The translations under genes and the position numbers were made by a program. Positions 31,433-32,000 of a stretch of 32,000 nucleotides of DNA are shown here, piece after piece. The notes beneath the pieces are model-generated. The model was given only the letters and a program-made list of their open reading frames with translations, was not told the origin of the DNA and ran no database searches. Numbering within the stretch: position 1 is the stretch's first letter; each line of letters starts with the position of its first letter. The DNA comes from Clostridiales bacterium (lineage in GTDB: Bacteria > Bacillota > Clostridia > Clostridiales > Clostridiaceae), in the NCBI GenBank assembly GCA_017889345.1, contig JAGHEJ010000072.1, positions 11,805-43,804 on the forward strand, read 5' to 3'.

Positions 31433-32000
31433 TCAATATTCAAATACAAATTCTGTATACTCTCCATAAACACTTTTAACGCTCAATTCTATGTCATGCC
31501 TTATTGCAATATTTTTTGCAATAGATAATCCAAGTCCAGTCCCAACTTTATTTTTCTCAGAACGCTCTTTGTAAAATCTATCGAATATATATGGCAAATC
31601 TTTATCTTGAATACCAACTCCATAATCTTTAATCTTTATTTGATTACCAATTAAACTAATTTCAACTTTGGAATTTTCATTTGAAAATTTAATCGCATTA
31701 TCTAATACAATAGTAAACATTTGTTTTAATCTTCCATAATCTCCATAAATTTCATTTTTAAATTCCTCTTTATATAGATCGATTGAAATATTTTTCTTAG
31801 ATGCAATTTGCCTCAAACTTCTAACAACATCACTTACAACATCCAAAATACATAATTGAGTTTTCTCAATTACAAAATCAGCATTTTGAAGACGACTTAT
31901 CTCTAAAAGATCTCCAATTAATCTGCTCAAAAATTTTGCTTCACTTAACATATTAATATGATACTCTTTTACATCTTCTTCATTTGTTACAACTCCATCA
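31433..32000 (-). CDS. Sensor histidine kinase, C-terminal part (gene runs off the right edge)
   Basis: The frame stays open upstream of the track Met to base 32000. The end of the HisKA domain is visible (FLSRLIGDLLEISRLQN), followed by HATPase_c boxes (VLDNAIKFS, IKDYGVGI, GTGLGLSIAKNIA). Confidence 0.85.
   Translation of the reverse strand, partial: DGVVTNEEDVKEYHINMLSEAKFLSRLIGDLLEISRLQNADFVIEKTQLCILDVVSDVVRSLRQIASKKNISIDLYKEEFKNEIYGDYGRLKQMFTIVLDNAIKFSNENSKVEISLIGNQIKIKDYGVGIQDKDLPYIFDRFYKERSEKNKVGTGLGLSIAKNIAIRHDIELSVKSVYGEYTEFVFEY

Noticed and set aside
1-32000. CRISPR arrays, tRNA/rRNA genes, riboswitch-sized leaders, IS elements
   Set aside because: No spaced direct-repeat array is visible. 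No intergenic region exceeds about 200 nt, and those present are explained by promoters and terminators. I recognised no cloverleaf-like GC-rich segments and no transposase or integrase ORFs. A covariance-model scan (Infernal/Rfam, tRNAscan-SE) would be the decisive check.

Overview
This is a very AT-rich, Firmicutes-like (Clostridia/Tissierellia-type) chromosomal window with strong GGAGG-type ribosome-binding sites, rubrerythrin and lipobox lipoproteins. Most genes lie on the minus strand. I saw no rRNA, tRNA, CRISPR array, transposase, integrase or phage genes.

Recognisable housekeeping genes:
- mutS2 N-terminus (1-643, missing from the ORF track)
- a long U32-family protein
- a GT51 monofunctional peptidoglycan glycosyltransferase
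- a MATE efflux pump and a CDF-type transporter
- rubrerythrin, zapA, murG and recJ
- a soluble PAS histidine kinase, and the 3' part of a second histidine kinase at the right edge

The standout is a 10.7 kb two-gene operon (11859-22514, minus strand). It encodes paralogous giant secreted proteins of 1523 and 2019 aa. Each is built from an alternating two-module (A/B) array of FN3/Ig-like repeats with a period of about 205 aa. Both end in a shared C-terminal domain of about 130 aa that resembles DUF4214. I could find no cell-wall anchor and no dedicated secretion genes. A small lipoprotein with a PPC-like domain is transcribed divergently from the operon.

Other points worth a second look:
- An apparently decaying sugar-utilisation locus: an RpiR-like regulator, a divergent NanE-like protein, and a solute-binding lipoprotein split by a frameshift next to a T7 tract.
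- A secreted protein with three 75-aa tandem repeats downstream of a sensor kinase.
- A small operon encoding a TPR membrane protein and a 165-aa protein.
- A recJ / orphan kinase / murG gene string.

All functional calls rest on motif recognition by eye. No database search was possible.
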